NCBI RefSeq assembly: GCF_963921235.1
Contig: NC_086097.1
Coordinates: 192,574,001 to 192,638,000, forward strand
DNA from: Mobula hypostoma
Taxonomy: Eukaryota
Length of the DNA: 64,000 bases
Reading direction: 5' to 3'
The notes below the pieces were generated by a model, which searched no databases, was not told where the DNA came from, and was given only the letters and a program-made list of their open reading frames with translations. Position 1 is the stretch's first letter. Each line of letters begins with the position of its first letter. This document shows positions 23,575 to 37,700 of this stretch, piece after piece. Both the position numbers and the translations under genes were made by a program.

Positions 23575-25089
23575 ATACAAGGGCAAAGAAATGATTGTGA
23601 ACTTCAGGAAGGTGTCAGCTGTCCACTCCTTGCTGCTCATACATGGCCTTTCCATGAAGAAAGTTAGGTGCGCTAAGTTTCTGGGAGTGCCTATAATGGA
23701 CAAGTTCACCTGGTCCTTTAACACTACCATTTTGGTCAACGAAAGCAAAGCAGCATTTCCACTTCTGGAGGAGACTGAGGCAAGTGAGGCTCCAATATCT
23801 CCCACCCCCATTTTAATTAATTTTTACAGGAGCGCCCTTGATAGAGTGTCTGGTAATAGAATTGCAAGGCATCTGACCGCAAGTTCCTACAAAGAATTGT
23901 GAGGACTACTGAGAGGATCATTGGAGTCTCACTTCCATTCACTGGGGATACTTATCAGCAGTGCTGTGTACCCAGTGCATTTAGCATTGTCAGTGATTCC
24001 TCCTATCCATCCGTCCAACAACCTCTTTGACCCACTACCATCAGGCAGGGATTACTGTAGCATTACAATAAGAACTGTTAGGATGTGAAACAACTTCTTG
24101 CCCCAGGCTGTAAGGCTGCTGAGCTCCATGCCACATGCAGATCTCATCATATAGATAGATAGATATACTTTATTAATCCCGAGGGATATTTGGTTTCGTT
24201 ACAGCCGCACCAACCAAGAGTAGAGTGTAAATATAGTAATACAAAAAACCTCAACAATCAAACACCAAAATACAAGTTATGCCAGATGGAAAATAAGTCC
24301 AGGACCAGTCTATTGGTTCAGGGTGTCTGACCCTTGACGTGAGGAGCTGCACGTTTGATGGCCACAGGCAGGAATGACCTCCCGTGTCGCCAAGTGTTGT
24401 ATCACGGTGGAATGTGGCCAAAGTCCAACAGTAAAAAGTTCAATATCCAGTCTGTAAACACGTTCCTCGATTGTAATATACCCCGGATTGCACCATCTGT
24501 TGTTAGCCAGAACAGTAAGCACCCAATTCCTTTACGCTTACCGCTCTCAGTGCACTTCTGGTCAGCCGGAACGGTATTACCCACCGAACTCCTCTTCTCC
24601 AAAATTCTCTGTTGTCTCAACAAGGTCCTCCTTCCTCGGCTTTGTGATCCCCCTCTGCATCCTCTGTGTGTTTTCCTCTGGATTTCAGCAAGGGTGTCCA
24701 CCGCTCTGTTCGCTAAGCCGGCCGGTCTTTGCTGGTCCGTGGAATACACAATGCGACCTTGCTTCTGTCCCGCGTGTCGGGATGTAACCATTTCCCAGAA
24801 AACCCAAATAAAACTCTCTCTACAAGCATGTTAGAGAGGGTGCAGCTTCGACGTGTTACCTTTAATAAAAAAAATACAAAAAATAACGTAAATTAAAAAG
24901 TAATATGTGAAGCACCAGTAGCATTATACTGTTTACTTTTTAACTTGTATCATATATTTACTAATTTATTTATGGTAATATTATGTTTATGTGTAATGTG
25001 TTGTGCACCTTGCTCAGGAGGAAGGTTGTCTCATTTAGCAGTATACATGTGTATGGTTGAATGACAATAAACTTGAAGTTGAATTTGAA
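23575..25089 (+). mobile_element. Rex1/Babar-type LINE 3' fragment, split by a younger insertion
   Basis: ORF 23591.. MIVNFRK...KFLGVPIMDKFTW. Tail ATGACAATAAACTTGAAG at ~25061-25089. Confidence 0.75.
24150..24900 (-). mobile_element. Young internally deleted Rex/Babar-related element
   Basis: (ATCT)n tail and AATAAAG on the minus strand at ~24150-24175. CpG-rich. Encodes RKTHRGCRGG (pre-endonuclease basic motif) and TDWILNFL (RT) joined by deletion. Confidence 0.6.
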
Positions 25090-25903
25090 AACTTGTTTCA
25101 TTACAATTTGAAACAAAAATTGATTTGCAAAGAATTTTTTGAATGAGTGTGGCAAAATGACTCAATGACTAATCATTGATCTATATGATTTAATATACAT
25201 AGCAATGATTCACACAATGCATTCAGAACACGAAAATTTATGTTAAGTTATCTTACACAGTGAAAAACATGGGTTTGTTTGGAATCACTCATCCAAATGC
25301 TGCTTATTTGTTTTGTTATATTAAAAGCACAAAAAAAAACATTAGTCCTGGTCTTTGACGTCAATTAAAAAAAAGTGCTAAAATATCCAGGCATGTAAGA
25401 CAAGAATGCAGAGCCAGCTCTGCCACTAGGGTTTCTGTCAAAGCAATACAGACAATCGTGTTATTTATGGCTAAGTGAGAATGATAAGAAGCTATAGCTA
25501 AGAATGATTGTGCTGCAACTGAGACTCAAGTGACAGTGTTGAAAAACTGTGTTTTATCCAAGTTGCCAATAGAGAAGGAAACAAATAAGTTTTAAAACAC
25601 CAGTGTTTCATTTGGAAGAGAATGTGGATGAACTTAGACCTCATTTCAGCCTGAAAAAAATGATGACTTACTGGAGCATGTTTTAAAGAAAACCAAAACG
25701 GTAATTTGAAGGAAATAATGAGATGGAACTGCCACATAGTCATGGAAATAAGGTAAGTAAGATAATTAAGGAAAGTACATTTTGAACAAGAGCTTCAAGA
25801 ATAATGAGAAAAACATCTAAGATGAAGGAAAAGCAAAAGCTCTGAAAGGGACAATGACCTCTCTTTACAAAATGTCATGACCAACAGAATGGTTCACCTA
25901 AAG

Positions 25904-27100
25904 CAGCGGTCCCCAACCACCGGGCCGCGGACCAGTACTGGGCCACAAAGCATGTGCTACCGGACCGCGAGGAAACGATATGATTTGGCGATATGAGTCA
26001 GCTGCACCTTTCCTCATTCCCTGTCACGCCCACTGTTGAACTTGAACACATGCGAGGTCATTACCCGCGCGTCGTCCATGAAAGGTATTTTTGACATAAC
26101 ATCTCTGCCGGTATTCCGGATCAAAGTCAAGGCTAAATATCCTGAGATAGCCACGAAAGCACTGAAAACATTGCTTCCATTTCCAACATTTTTCTGCGAA
26201 GCGGAGTTTTCTGCAATGAATGCAACGAAAACTAAATTGCGGAATAGACTGGACATAAGGAATCCCCTTCGAGTATCGCTGTCTCCCATCACCCTTCGAT
26301 AGGACCGTGTGCTGCAGGAAACCAAACCAGGGCTCCCACTAATTCAGTGATATTGGTGTGTTGCAACGAATTTATATGTTCATACGGGGAACATATGTGC
26401 TATGTGTTTATTATCCAAACGTTACGTAAAATGTTATGATGCTATTGACTTACTTATATAACCATATAACAATTACAGCACGGAAACAGGCCATGTCGGC
26501 CCTTCTAGTCCGTGCCGAACGCTACTCTCACCTAGTCCCACCGACCTGCACTCAGCCCATAACCCTCCATTCCTTTCCTGCCCATATACCTATTCAATTT
26601 TTCTTTAAATGATAATGTCGAACCTGCTTCTGCCACTTCTACTGGAAGTCTGTTCAACACTTCCTTCAAGCTCCCCTGTCCTCCCCTGATAATTGACTTA
26701 TCACTATATTCATGCGAGGAAAATATGCGCTGTGTGTTTAATATTAAATTTGTTAGATAAACCCTTTTACAAACAAAATTGAGTGTATTAGCCACTTATT
26801 ATCTATATTCGGTCGTGATTAACCCCCCCCCCACCTCGAACAGAATCGCTAAAAAGTCTTTGCAGAAAAAAGATCGGCAGGTTCACTCAGGGGCAGGTCA
26901 TGCATGCGCACTGGTGCCCGCGCAAGGCTTCATGGTCATTGTAGTCTTTCTCTGGGTAAACTCAATGTATTTGACTGCTACTCTTGTCCGTTGACAACCC
27001 TACCCACCCGCCCCCGCCCCCGCCCCCCCGGTCGGCTGGTCCGCAAGAATATTGCCAATATTAAACCGATCTGCAGTGCAAAAAAGGTTGGGCACCCCTG
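25904..27100 (+). mobile_element. hAT (Charlie/Buster) non-autonomous DNA transposon with transposase C-terminal remnant
   Basis: TIRs CAGCGGTCCCCAACC / GGTTGGGCACCCCTG. 8-bp TSD ACCTAAAG at 25896-25903 and 27101-27108. ORF 26036..26302 YPEIATKALKTLLPFPT..CE..FS.M...KTKLRNRL (hAT dimerisation domain). Confidence 0.93.
26453..26691 (-). mobile_element. CR1 3'-end fragment nested in the hAT element
   Basis: LP.EVAEAGS..SFKEKLNRYM.RKGMEGYG plus CR1 3' UTR, flanked by ATTGACTTA at 26444-26452 and 26692-26700. Confidence 0.75.
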
Positions 27101-27888
27101 ACCTAAAGCAATCAAAGAGATATTTTAAAAGGAACGTTATCTGAAGGGAAGATGAAAATTAAATTTGTAGAGATAATTAATAACTACTTTACATCAACAA
27201 TATATGAAAGGAAACCAATCCTGAATGCAAGGGGAAAGGGGAGTAATATCATGAAGCTATAAAAGAAATGATAGTAGGAAGACCGAGGCACTAGATCCCA
27301 ATGAGATGCATCCATAGGAATATTGTCAAGTTCTTTGGTTTCACTATAAAAATCAAAAGTGATCTTCAAGACATTTCTAGCTTAAATTAGATTCATTTTT
27401 CCGCATCAAAGTAATAGGATATTATTCTGCTGGATGGCACAAAGAAAATTTAAATTTTAATGAGTTGCCAGAATTGTTATTGCTTCCTTAAGCTTATAGA
27501 GGATATTCTTCCCACTTATTAAAGATAATTCTGATTAGCATTCCTATTCCATGCTCAACAAAGTTCAACTAAAATAAACACTTTCTACATATCATCCTCT
27601 GCTTGGTTTGTAGCATATTATCAATTGTTAAAACAGATGATCTGTTACAACTTTTTTTGATTTTGGGAGATTCTAGTTATACTTCCAATGGTAGCCGCAT
27701 TTCAAGTATATTTCATTAACTTAAAGAAATCAGAATTAACATGAGAATGTAAAGCATGGAAATGGTCTTTCACTTCGTAGAGAATGAACACATCCAAAAT
27801 AAGCTAAATTTTGATTACAATGAAAAATTAGATTACGTAGATATGGTAGTCAGAACTATTATTTTAGTAGCAGGTGGTTCATGTTAGT

Positions 27889-28962
27889 TAGAAACATAGA
27901 AACATAGAAAACCTACAGCACAATACAGGCTCTTCGGCCCACAATGCTATGCTGAACATGTCCTTCCCCTAGAAATTAACTAGGGTTACCCATAACCCTC
28001 TGTTTTTGTGAGCTCTATGTACCTATCCAGGAGTCCCTTAAAAGACCCTATCGTTTCCGCCTTCACCACAGTCGCCAGCAGCCCATTCCACGGACTCACC
28101 ACTCTCTGCGTAAAAAAACTTACCCCTGACATCTCCTCTGTGCCTACTTCCAAGCACCTTAAAACCATGCTAGCCATTTCAGCTCTGGGAAAAAGCCTCT
28201 GACTATCCACACAATCAATGCCTCTCATCAACTTATACATCTCTATCAGGTCACCTCTCATCCTCCGTCGCTCCAAGGAGAAAAGGCCGAGTTCACTCAA
28301 CCTATTCTCATAAGCCATGCTCCCCCAATCCAGGCAACATCCTTGTAAATCTCCTCTGCACCCTTTCTATGGTTTCCACATTCTTCCTATGGTGAGGCAG
28401 CCAGAACTAAGCACAGTACTCCAAGTGGGGTCTGACCAGGGTCCTATATAGCTGCAACATTACCTCTCAGCTCCTAAACACAGTCCCAAGATTGATGAAG
28501 GCCAATGTACCGTATGCCTTCTTAACCACAGAGTCAACCTGCGCAGCAGCTTTGAGTGTCCTATGGATTTGGACCCCAAGATCCTTCTGATCCTCCACAC
28601 TGCCAAGGGTCTTACCATTAATACTATATCCTGGCATCATAGTTGACCTACCAAAATGAACCACCTCACACTTACCTGGGTTGAACTCCATCTGTCACTT
28701 CTCAGCCCAGTTTTGCATCCTATCAATGTCCCGCTGTAACATCTGACAGCCTTCCACACTATCCATAGCACCCCCAACCTTTGTGTCATCAGCAAATTTA
28801 CTAACCCATCCCTCCACTTCTTCATCCAGGTCATTTATAAAAATCATGAAGAGTAGGAGTCCCAGAACAGATCCCTGAAGCACACCACTGGTCACTAATC
28901 TCCATGCAGAATATGACCTGTCTACAACCACACTTTGACTTCTGTGGGAAAGCCAGTTCTGG
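27889..28962 (-). mobile_element. CR1 LINE 3' part
   Basis: [48 protein letters not shown]. (TTTCTATG)n tail. Confidence 0.92.
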
Positions 28963-29031
28963 ATTTCTGAAATAAATTTAAAAATAATTCTATTGATAGA
29001 ATAGGATATTTTGTAAGCCAAATCCATTTAT

Positions 29032-31160
29032 AAAGTTCAAAGTCAAAGTGAATTTATTATCTAAGTACATCTATACAACCTTATACAATGCTGAGATTCA
29101 TTTTTGTGGCATGCTCAATAAATCCAATAACCAATAGTCAATGAAAGACTGCACCTGAAAGGGCAGACAACCAGTGTGCAAATGCAAAAGAAAAAAAGAA
29201 ATAATAATAAAAAGAAAAAAATAATAATAAGCAAGCAATAAATATCAAGAATATGAGATGAAGAGTCCTTGAAAGTAAGTCCGTAGGCTATGGGATCAGT
29301 TCAATGTTGAGGCAAGTGAAGTTAAGTGAAGTTATCTCCTCTGGTTCAAGAGCCTAATGGTTGAGGGATAATAACTGTTCCTGAATCTGGTTGTGTGAGT
29401 CCTGAGGCTCCTGTATCTTCTTCCTGATGGCAGCAGTAAGAAGACAGCATGACCTGGGTGATGGGATTCCTAATGATGGATGCTGCTTTCCTGTGACAAC
29501 ACTCCATGTAGAAGTGCTCATAGAAGTTTGTCAAAGTTTTAGAAGTCATGCCAAATCTTCACAAACTTCTAAAGAAGTAAAGGCACTTGCTTGCTAGGCC
29601 CAGGATTGATCCACTGAAATGACAACCTCAAAGAATTTAATGTTGCTGATCCTCTCCTTCCCTGATTCCCCAATGAGAACTGGCTCATGGACTTCTGGTT
29701 TCCTCCTCCTGAAGTTAATAGTGAGCTCCTTGATCGTGCTGACATTGAGTAAGTTGTTGTTGTTGTGGTATCACTCAGCCAGATTTTCAATCTCCCTCCC
29801 ATATGCTGATTACTCACCCTTTGATTCAGCAGTAGTGTTATCAGCAAACTTAAATGTGGCATTGGAGCTGTGCTTCACCTCACAGTCATAAGTGTGAAGA
29901 GAATAGATCAGCAAGCTAAGTACACGGCCTTGTAGTGCACCTGTGCTGATGGAGATCATGGAAGAAACGATTTGCCAATTTGAACTGACTGGAGCCTGTA
30001 CATGAGGAGATCAATGATCCAATTGTATAAGGAGGTACTGAGGCCAAGGTCTTGCAACTTATTGATTAGTTTGATAATGTGGATGGTAAGCACCGGCTGC
30101 CTGCTTTTTGATTGCTGGGGATCACTTTGCGAACTGTGAGGGGAGAGCCGGCTATTGTGCCTGGAGAACGTTACCCAGTTTTTTCTGCATTTTGGAAATG
30201 GACTTGGACTATAGACCTACTTTTCAGTCTTATATGTTTTTATATTCTGTGTTTTTCACCTGATCTTTCTCATTTTTTTTTGTGTGTATGCAGGGGTAGG
30301 GGATTTGGGAGCATGTTAATGTATGCATCTTTGCTGTCCAGAAGTTCCAGGGTTGAGTGAAGAGCCAGTGAGATGGTATCTATTGTGCATCTGTTGCTCT
30401 GGTAGTAAAATTGGGGTGGATCCAAGTTGCTTCTCAGGCAGGGGTTGATATGTTTCATCACCAACCTCTCAAATCACTTCATAACTGTGGATGTAACTGA
30501 TATTGAATGGTGGTTATTCAGGCAGTTCACCACATTTTTCTTAGGCACCGGTATAACTGAAGCTGATTGAAGCAGATGGGTACCTCAGACTGCTGAAGGA
30601 AGAAGTTAAAGATCTCAGTGAACATTCCAGCCATTTGACCAGTACAGGTCTTTGGTATTTGGCCGGGTATCCCATCTGGGCCAGATGCTTTCCATGAGTT
30701 CATCCTCCCGAAGGATGCTCTCACATCAGCTTCAGAGATTGAAGTCACATGGTCATTGGGGGACATAGGAATTTGTGACAGTCCCTGATTAGTTGGATGG
30801 ACAATGTGAGCATAGAAGGAATTGAGTTCATTTGAAAGCAAAGCCCTGCTATCAGTTATGTAACCTGATTTCATTTTGTAAGAGGTGATAGCATTCAAGC
30901 CCTGCCGCAGCAGTTGGGCATCCTTTATTGATTCAAGTTTAGTCCAGAATTGACAATTCACCCATGAGATGGTTTCCTGGTCCTCTTGTAACTTCTTTGG
31001 TCACGAGATTTGTGTCTCTGATCTGTCCCTCAGCAAACTGGAGATCTCATGGCTCATCCAGGCGCTTCTGTTTTGGGAAGACTGACTGATTTTTGTGGGG
31101 ACACACTCAGCTATGACTATTTTTATAAAGTCCATGATAACTGTGGCACATTCATTCAGA
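29032..31160 (-). mobile_element. Rex1/Babar-type LINE, decayed, with a small insert at ~30075-30310
   Basis: KASGPDGIPG, LDPPQFYYQSNR, RKAASIIRNP. Tail GATAATAAATT(TTTGA)n on the minus strand. Confidence 0.85.
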
Positions 31161-31989
31161 TATTCAGTTCTGAACTTCTATTGTAAGTGATTATAGAAAA
31201 ATATTGATCTGCAAAGTATCTCAACAGGTTTAAAATTAAATTTCTGAAAAACGCATTTGTAACAAAATGACTTCCAAAATGTACACAATGAGTTTTTAGA
31301 GCAACAGAAAAATATTTGTGAGGAAATTTATCTGCTTTGCATAGTATGTCAGGGCTTAACAATGCCAAGCTCCAAAATGGCAGCCAGAAGAGCAGATACA
31401 TCATAGACAAAATGTGCCAACTATTTTAGGTAAAGAGAAGTAAGAGGCATCTGTTCTGTGCACCTGAAGCAGATTTTTTCAGCACTTTATTCCCAAGGAA
31501 GGGGGCCAATGCCTGATCCAACTTTGTTTTGTGTTGAAGCAGCCAACTTATTGCAAGCTCTATCAGGAAAGCCAGTTCCACAAAATGTTGAACTACAAAG
31601 AATGAGGAATCAATCAAAGGGGTTGAATGATACTTCTAATCTCATACTAAAGAACCCAGTAGCAGCTCCGAATCCCCTAGCCATACCATTGTAATTGCTG
31701 CTGGCACTGTACTTCACTCTCATTAAGAATTACTCAAATTAATCTCTGCTTTTCTTTTCTTTATTGACATCACTTATCCCAGCAAATAATCTTCAGCCAT
31801 GATCCTGTTAAGCTTTTACAACGTTATCGCAGTTACTGTTATCCATATTTGTGGTTGCTTTAATTGCACCCTTGTTGTACGTTGAAGATAGCAGAAAGTT
31901 TTTGGGAATTTGAATTATTTATTTTATTGAGATAATCAGCATAAAATACCCAACCACTAATCTGTGCATGAGAACTATTTATTTAGCTG

Positions 31990-32900
31990 GTCTAGTTGAA
32001 TATCCAATCAACTGTGACACTCAGGATGTTGAATTTAGGGAATTTGTTGATAGGGATGGCAAAGGAAACAATTGATGGTCTCTACCTTTTAATTGTGTTG
32101 GACAATTATTACTTGCCACTTAATGCAAATGTTTGAATGTTATTTAGTACTTGGCCATGGCTTTCTGCAACATGTGAGGAAATGAAAACAGAACTGTGCA
32201 AACGTCAATGAAGACAACTAGTTCTGGCTATATTATGGAAGGAAAGTCATTAATACTTGTAGCTGAGCCTAGGTCACTGTTCTGTTGAATTCCTGCAATG
32301 CTATCCTATGATCCAGGCTAGTTGGTGATGAACAAACTGTCATGTATTTGCAAGGCATGATTTTAATCTGCGAGGGATTTTTCATTTGATTTCTATTGAC
32401 CAATTTTACCAAGTAATGCCATATTTTATCAACTACTACCCTGGTGCCTAGGCAATTCCCTTGAATTCACATCTGGAAGTAAAACCTTTGGTCCATGTTG
32501 GACTGCGACTGTGAAATGATTTGGAGCAGCATCACTACAGTCGCAGTGAGATAAACATGGAAACAGGTTATTTGACCTGTCAACATGTCAGCCACTCATT
32601 TTGCCAGTGTTCTGGGTAAAAACCCAAGCTGACCATCAGTGAGCATGTTATTGATCAATAGATTCTGATTGATTCCATTATCTATGACAACTTTCATCAC
32701 TCTGATGATGATGGAGAGTAGGCCAATGGGATGGTAATTAATCTGTCATGTCACCTGTGCAGTTTTCTATAGTGTTATCACTGCATTGGAAGAAATTAGT
32801 TAGAGAGACATCAAATTCATTAACACAAATCTCCAATAATAGATCAAGTTTGCTTTATAGTCCCTTGGCCTATGCTTCATCCAGAGCTCTTAGTCACTAC
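31990..32900 (-). mobile_element. Ancient CR1/L2-group LINE RT remnant
   Basis: Minus strand ~32740-32615 reads NYHPIGLLSIIIRVMKVVIDNGINQNLLINNMLTDGQLGF (NYRPISLL...QFGF). Confidence 0.65.
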
Positions 32901-33057
32901 TCGATATTACGTGCAGTCGGTTATAACGGTTGAAACCTCAGGAGAAAGCCAAGGGGGTTGGTAAGATTAATGTTCAGAGGAAGCCGAGGAGGATCATTCA
33001 CCTGGAATTCTGGTCCATTTGCTTGCAAGTGATTCTGACAATAATTCATACTTATTG

Positions 33058-33900
33058 AAAAGTTCAAAGTAAATTTATTAACAATGTACATATATGTCAT
33101 CATATACAACCCTGAGATTCATTTTCTTACAGGCATGGTCAGTAAATCCAATAACATAATGGCTACAGGGGTCAGGGGGTATGGAGGGAAGGCTGGGGCG
33201 GGGTTCTGAGTTGGATGATCAGCATGATCATAATAAATGGCGGTGCAGGCTCGAAGGGCCGAATGGCCTACTCCTGCACCTATTTTCTATGTTTTCTATG
33301 TTTTTTTTCTATGTAATAGAATCAATGAAAGAACAGGACAGACAAAAAGTAACAAACTTTGCAAATACAAAAGAAAATGATAAACAAATAATAAACAAAC
33401 AAACAAACAAAATAAATAAATAAACAGATAGATAAGCAAGCAAACAAGCAGGCAGGCAAGCAACAAATATCAAGAACATGAGATGAAGAGTCCTTGAAAG
33501 AGCATAGGTTGTGGGAACAGTTCAGTGTTGAGGCAAGTGAAGTTGAATGAAGTTATCCCCTCTGGTTCAAGAGCCTGATGGTTGAGGGGTAATGACTGTA
33601 CCTGAACCTGGTGGTGTGAGTCCTAAGGCTCCTCTACCTTCTTTCTGATGGCAGCAGTAAGAAGAGAGCATGACCTGGATGACAAGCGTCCCTGATGATG
33701 GATGCTGCTTTACTGCAACAATGCCCCGTGTGGATATGCTCAATGGTGGGGAGGGCTTTACCCACGATGAAATGGCCCATGTCTAGTACTTTTTGTAGGA
33801 TTTTTCTTTCAAGGGCATTAGTGTTTCTATACCAGGCTGTGATCTAGCCAGCTAATATACTCCCTACCACACATCTATAGACGATTGTCAAAGTTTGACA
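33058..33900 (-). mobile_element. Rex1/Babar 3' fragment with nested plus-strand CR1 tail (~33160-33313)
   Basis: Same family as 29032-29600 and 43360-44170. The CR1 tail ends (TTTTCTATG)n. Confidence 0.8.
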
Positions 33901-34448
33901 TATGATGGATTTCTCCATCAAAGCCTTTTACTCCTATTAACTATTGCTCACCACCATACACTGTTGCTGCTGAAATGTGCACGATTCACTCACTTCATAC
34001 CTTCATAGGAAGACACTCAGTTGAATGTTGAAGTGGAATCAGTACCTTCTTAGATAATGATGACCGTGTTGCTGTGGAGGACAGTGAGGAATTTGACTTT
34101 CCCTGGCTGTATTGACCTTCTAATGTAGAATCCATCTGTATAGCATCTGGCACACTTCACCACCTGATTCTTAGATGCCTTGGAGACTCTGGAGACAGTT
34201 GTTTTTTTGTCATTGTCAAGTTGATACACTGGGGTCCCTGGTTACAAATGAAGTATAATGGCAGGTGTGGGCACTCCTGCTCTGGTGCCAGCTGTTGCTT
34301 TCTTTCCTCTTGCGCTCTTAGGTATCATAAATGAAGCATTCATAATGGCATTTTCATTATTAATGTTAAATCTACAGTGCTTGTCAAAAAACCTCCATTC
34401 CTTTGAGTTGCATTTTGCAACTAATCTGTCTTTAACAAAAATAAATCA

Positions 34449-34652
34449 AAAAGAGAAGTACTGCAAATGCTGGAAATGTAAAATAAAAACTGGAAAAGTT
34501 TGAAGTATTCACTGAGTCAAACAGCATCTTTAGTGGGAGAACTAAGTCAATCACTAGATCTCTAAAATATGTCATCAATCTGAGTTATTAATTCTGTTTC
34601 TCACTCCTCAGATGCTGTCTGATTTTATGAGTATTTCCAGTATATTGTGCTC
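34449..34652. mobile_element. Old inverted pair of PLE terminal-repeat fragments
   Basis: AATGCTGGAAAT...CAAACAGCATCT followed by its inverse AGATGCTGTCTG...GAGTATTTCCAG. Confidence 0.5.
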
Positions 34653-37562
34653 TTAACAAAAAGGTCATGGTGACAGAAGGAATGTATAATTAATGTAGCT
34701 CACACATTATATGGATTAAATGACTTCCTCCCTGCACAACTAATTCAAGCAGGCTACAATAATCCTATTCACTCATAACGTTAACATTGTTTCTCTCCTG
34801 ACCGATACTAACACCCCTGCTGAGTATGTCCAGTTTTTTTTTTTGCTTTATTCAGCTTATACAGTTTTCTAAGTGTTTTAAAATAGCTTTAGGTTTTATG
34901 GGAAATACATTATACATTACTGTTATTATCATGCACAATCTGCTCTCATTTTTCCACATGTCAAAAATAGTTCATTGGCTGTAAAGTGGGCTGGAATGTC
35001 CGGAAGTCATGACATGCAACATATAAATGCTTTAGCAGTTTGCTGGTGGCCTTTTATCTGTGCTTTGGTAATAAATAAAACAATGACTTTTCAAAATATC
35101 AGAAACTTGGGAAGATAAGAAATCATTCAACCCATAATTTTTGAAAGACCATAGAAAGCTTCATTATTTTACTGATGACACTAATCCATTTTGTTGGTAC
35201 TGACAATTTACATGACAGATTGCAACCATTTCTACATCGCTAACAAAATAGCCATGAAAATGAATAGCAATAAGGTTGATGATTATGGGAATTCATGCAG
35301 TGAAGTTAATTAGTTTAACAATAGAATTTTGCCAAGATTAACTTCACTTTCCTTGAGAGTCAGGTAAAAAAAGTAAGATGATAATAAGATGATAACATAA
35401 ACACTCTATGAGGGATGGAAAAGCTTCAGACGCCTTCAAGTGTACTATGCGTATGTACTTTAAAAATCAAATATCTAGCACTGATTAGCAACTGAAATAA
35501 ACCTAGAGGTGTTAGTTGATGTTACACATCAGCTCCAATACTTATGAGGGGGCGAGGAGTGGGTGGAGGGATTTGTTATAACTGGGAAATTTGGAATTAA
35601 TTTTACAAGAATGATTTATATTAAAAGGATCATAATCATCACTTAATATGATTAATCCAGAAGTGATGTGCTATTTTTAAAATTCATACAGCTCTGCTAA
35701 GAATGCTATTTGTTTTATTCTTAATAATAGGTAATATACATTCATTCAAAAAACATGGTTTAGAGTCATGGATCATAGCAAACTACAGCGTGAATCGAAC
35801 CCTTCAACCTATCTGTTCAGTGCCGAAGCATTTAAACTGCCTAGTCCCACTTAACCTGTTTATTCTATTAACAACATGAAAAATAAGACTTATTACTTAT
35901 TCTCTTGAGGGCATAGCTCTTGTTCTGGAATCTAGGTTTGGGAGAGTCGGGGGGAGGTGGGCAAAGATGAAATTGGCCTATACCAAAGATACAAAAAGAT
36001 TTCTGAGCAGAACTATATTTTGTCTTGCACCAGAACATTTTCTCTTGGCTGCTGAAACCACATCATTTCACTGTTGCATTTTGTGATTGTGTTTTATTTT
36101 AAAAAGAAGAGTTATATTTAAACCTTAGGAACTCTGAATCAGCCAATCTTCAATCTTATCTCAATAACTGAAAAAAATTGGTGGAAATTGCCCTTAACCT
36201 CAACAATTTCTCCCATTGGATCATACTTTACCTGCAGAAAGTCAGGAGCTGCTTTCTTTTACAACATTATTATGTCACTAAGACTATCTGAACACTCTTC
36301 CCCATCCTATACATTAATAGAATGTGAATATCACCAGAGATTTCTAGGTTGCTTTTCCCTTCACAAGCTTTTTGTTGTAATAGGCTTAAGCATTCCTGTT
36401 TGAAGTGGAGACAAGTCTGGCAGATTTTTTTTTATAGTAACCACAAGTAATGCTTAACTGGCTGAAGGGGAAATGTGACATTCTGATTGAGTTAGAAACT
36501 TTCAGTCATCTGTTAATCCAAGTGACAAACCAAGTGTGATCAGCTCTCCTATCATGTTACAGTCTGAATGCATGATGGCATGAGTTGCCAGGTGTTCTGC
36601 AAAGTGTCAGTGTTGAATGCAGGCAAGTGTCTTCAGTGACGACTCTTTCCAGAGCTGTCATCTGTATTACAGAGGGCATTTGATCCTCCAACAAAATTTT
36701 CTGATGGTCTGTGAAGGCAATCTGAATCACAGGGTAGTGATAAGAAGAAAGGATTTCCATTACCCCATCATAAATTGCTGGTATTACTCCAGATGGCAAC
36801 CACTCAGAGGTCACTTCTTTTTATAGCTCTTTGTTCAAGAACACAAAAGAAGATACAACACAATATCACACAGTAATAATTATCTGCTGTCATATCTGGT
36901 TAAAAATACATAAAATGATAGTTGATGTTGACCTCACTGCCTTTAGGTTATTATTGTTATCTGCCCATTTCCCAGATGTTGAGATAAAAATAATATCTGA
37001 AAGTTGACTGTGTGGAATGATATACATTTGCAAAATGCCATTAAGCCCTCAAGTGGATGTATTATTTTGAAAATATTGAATCATTGGTCAGTCTTAAGAA
37101 TTTCTAAGCATTTCTGCATCATTGCCATAAACTGTGTGAATAAAGAGAGAACCTTTATTGCAATGCACATCAATCGGGCTATTTGGTCAAGAAAACTTAG
37201 CAAAACTTAGCAAAGTTTTAGCAAAAGAAGTATTTGGAGCTTGGATCCAACAGCTTGGCTTCATTGCAGTGACACACAAAAGAAAAAGGCCTAGGAATTC
37301 TTCCATGCTATGGCATGCTTGTTAATGCAGCATTGCTAAGAGACCATTTCAGGTGTTTACAAGTCACCCAGTATCCTGAATTGATCATACAGAAGTCAAG
37401 GTAACCTATGCAAGAGAATGGACTTTTCACTTGTAAATTGGACCAGAGGTGAGGGAGCATGAGACTGGATGTAAAATTGGAGGAAATGAACACAGAGAAA
37501 CCTACTTGAGGAAGGCCAGTCTGTAAGTTAATGTGTGGCATGAACTACCTAGCAATTAATGC

Positions 37563-37700
37563 TAAACACTAGAGATTCTGCAGTTGCTGGAAATCCAGAG
37601 TAACACACACAAACTGCTGGAGGAACTCAGCAGATGAGGCAGCATCTATGTAAATTAATAAACAGTTGACGTTTCATGCTGAGACCTTCATCAGTCCTGA
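37563..37700 (-). mobile_element. Solo PLE terminal repeat (SINE-like) with hammerhead core CTGATGA...GAAACGTC at 37663-37699
   Basis: Matches the PLE tail. Core intact, stems I and II imperfect. Confidence 0.8.

Noticed and set aside
25640..25810. Exon-like segment (TTTCAG...PEKNDDLLEHVLKKTKT...GTAATT; AAG/GTAAGT at ~25753)
   Set aside because: Better explained as a very decayed CR1 endonuclease region (LEQHV.EPTR...LVMGN-like); no recognisable host protein.
36557..36814. 85-aa minus-strand ORF in unique DNA
   Set aside because: No recognisable domain or splice context; length is within chance expectation.
37192..37226. Short AAAACTTAGC tandem repeat
   Set aside because: About three imperfect units; ordinary slippage repeat.
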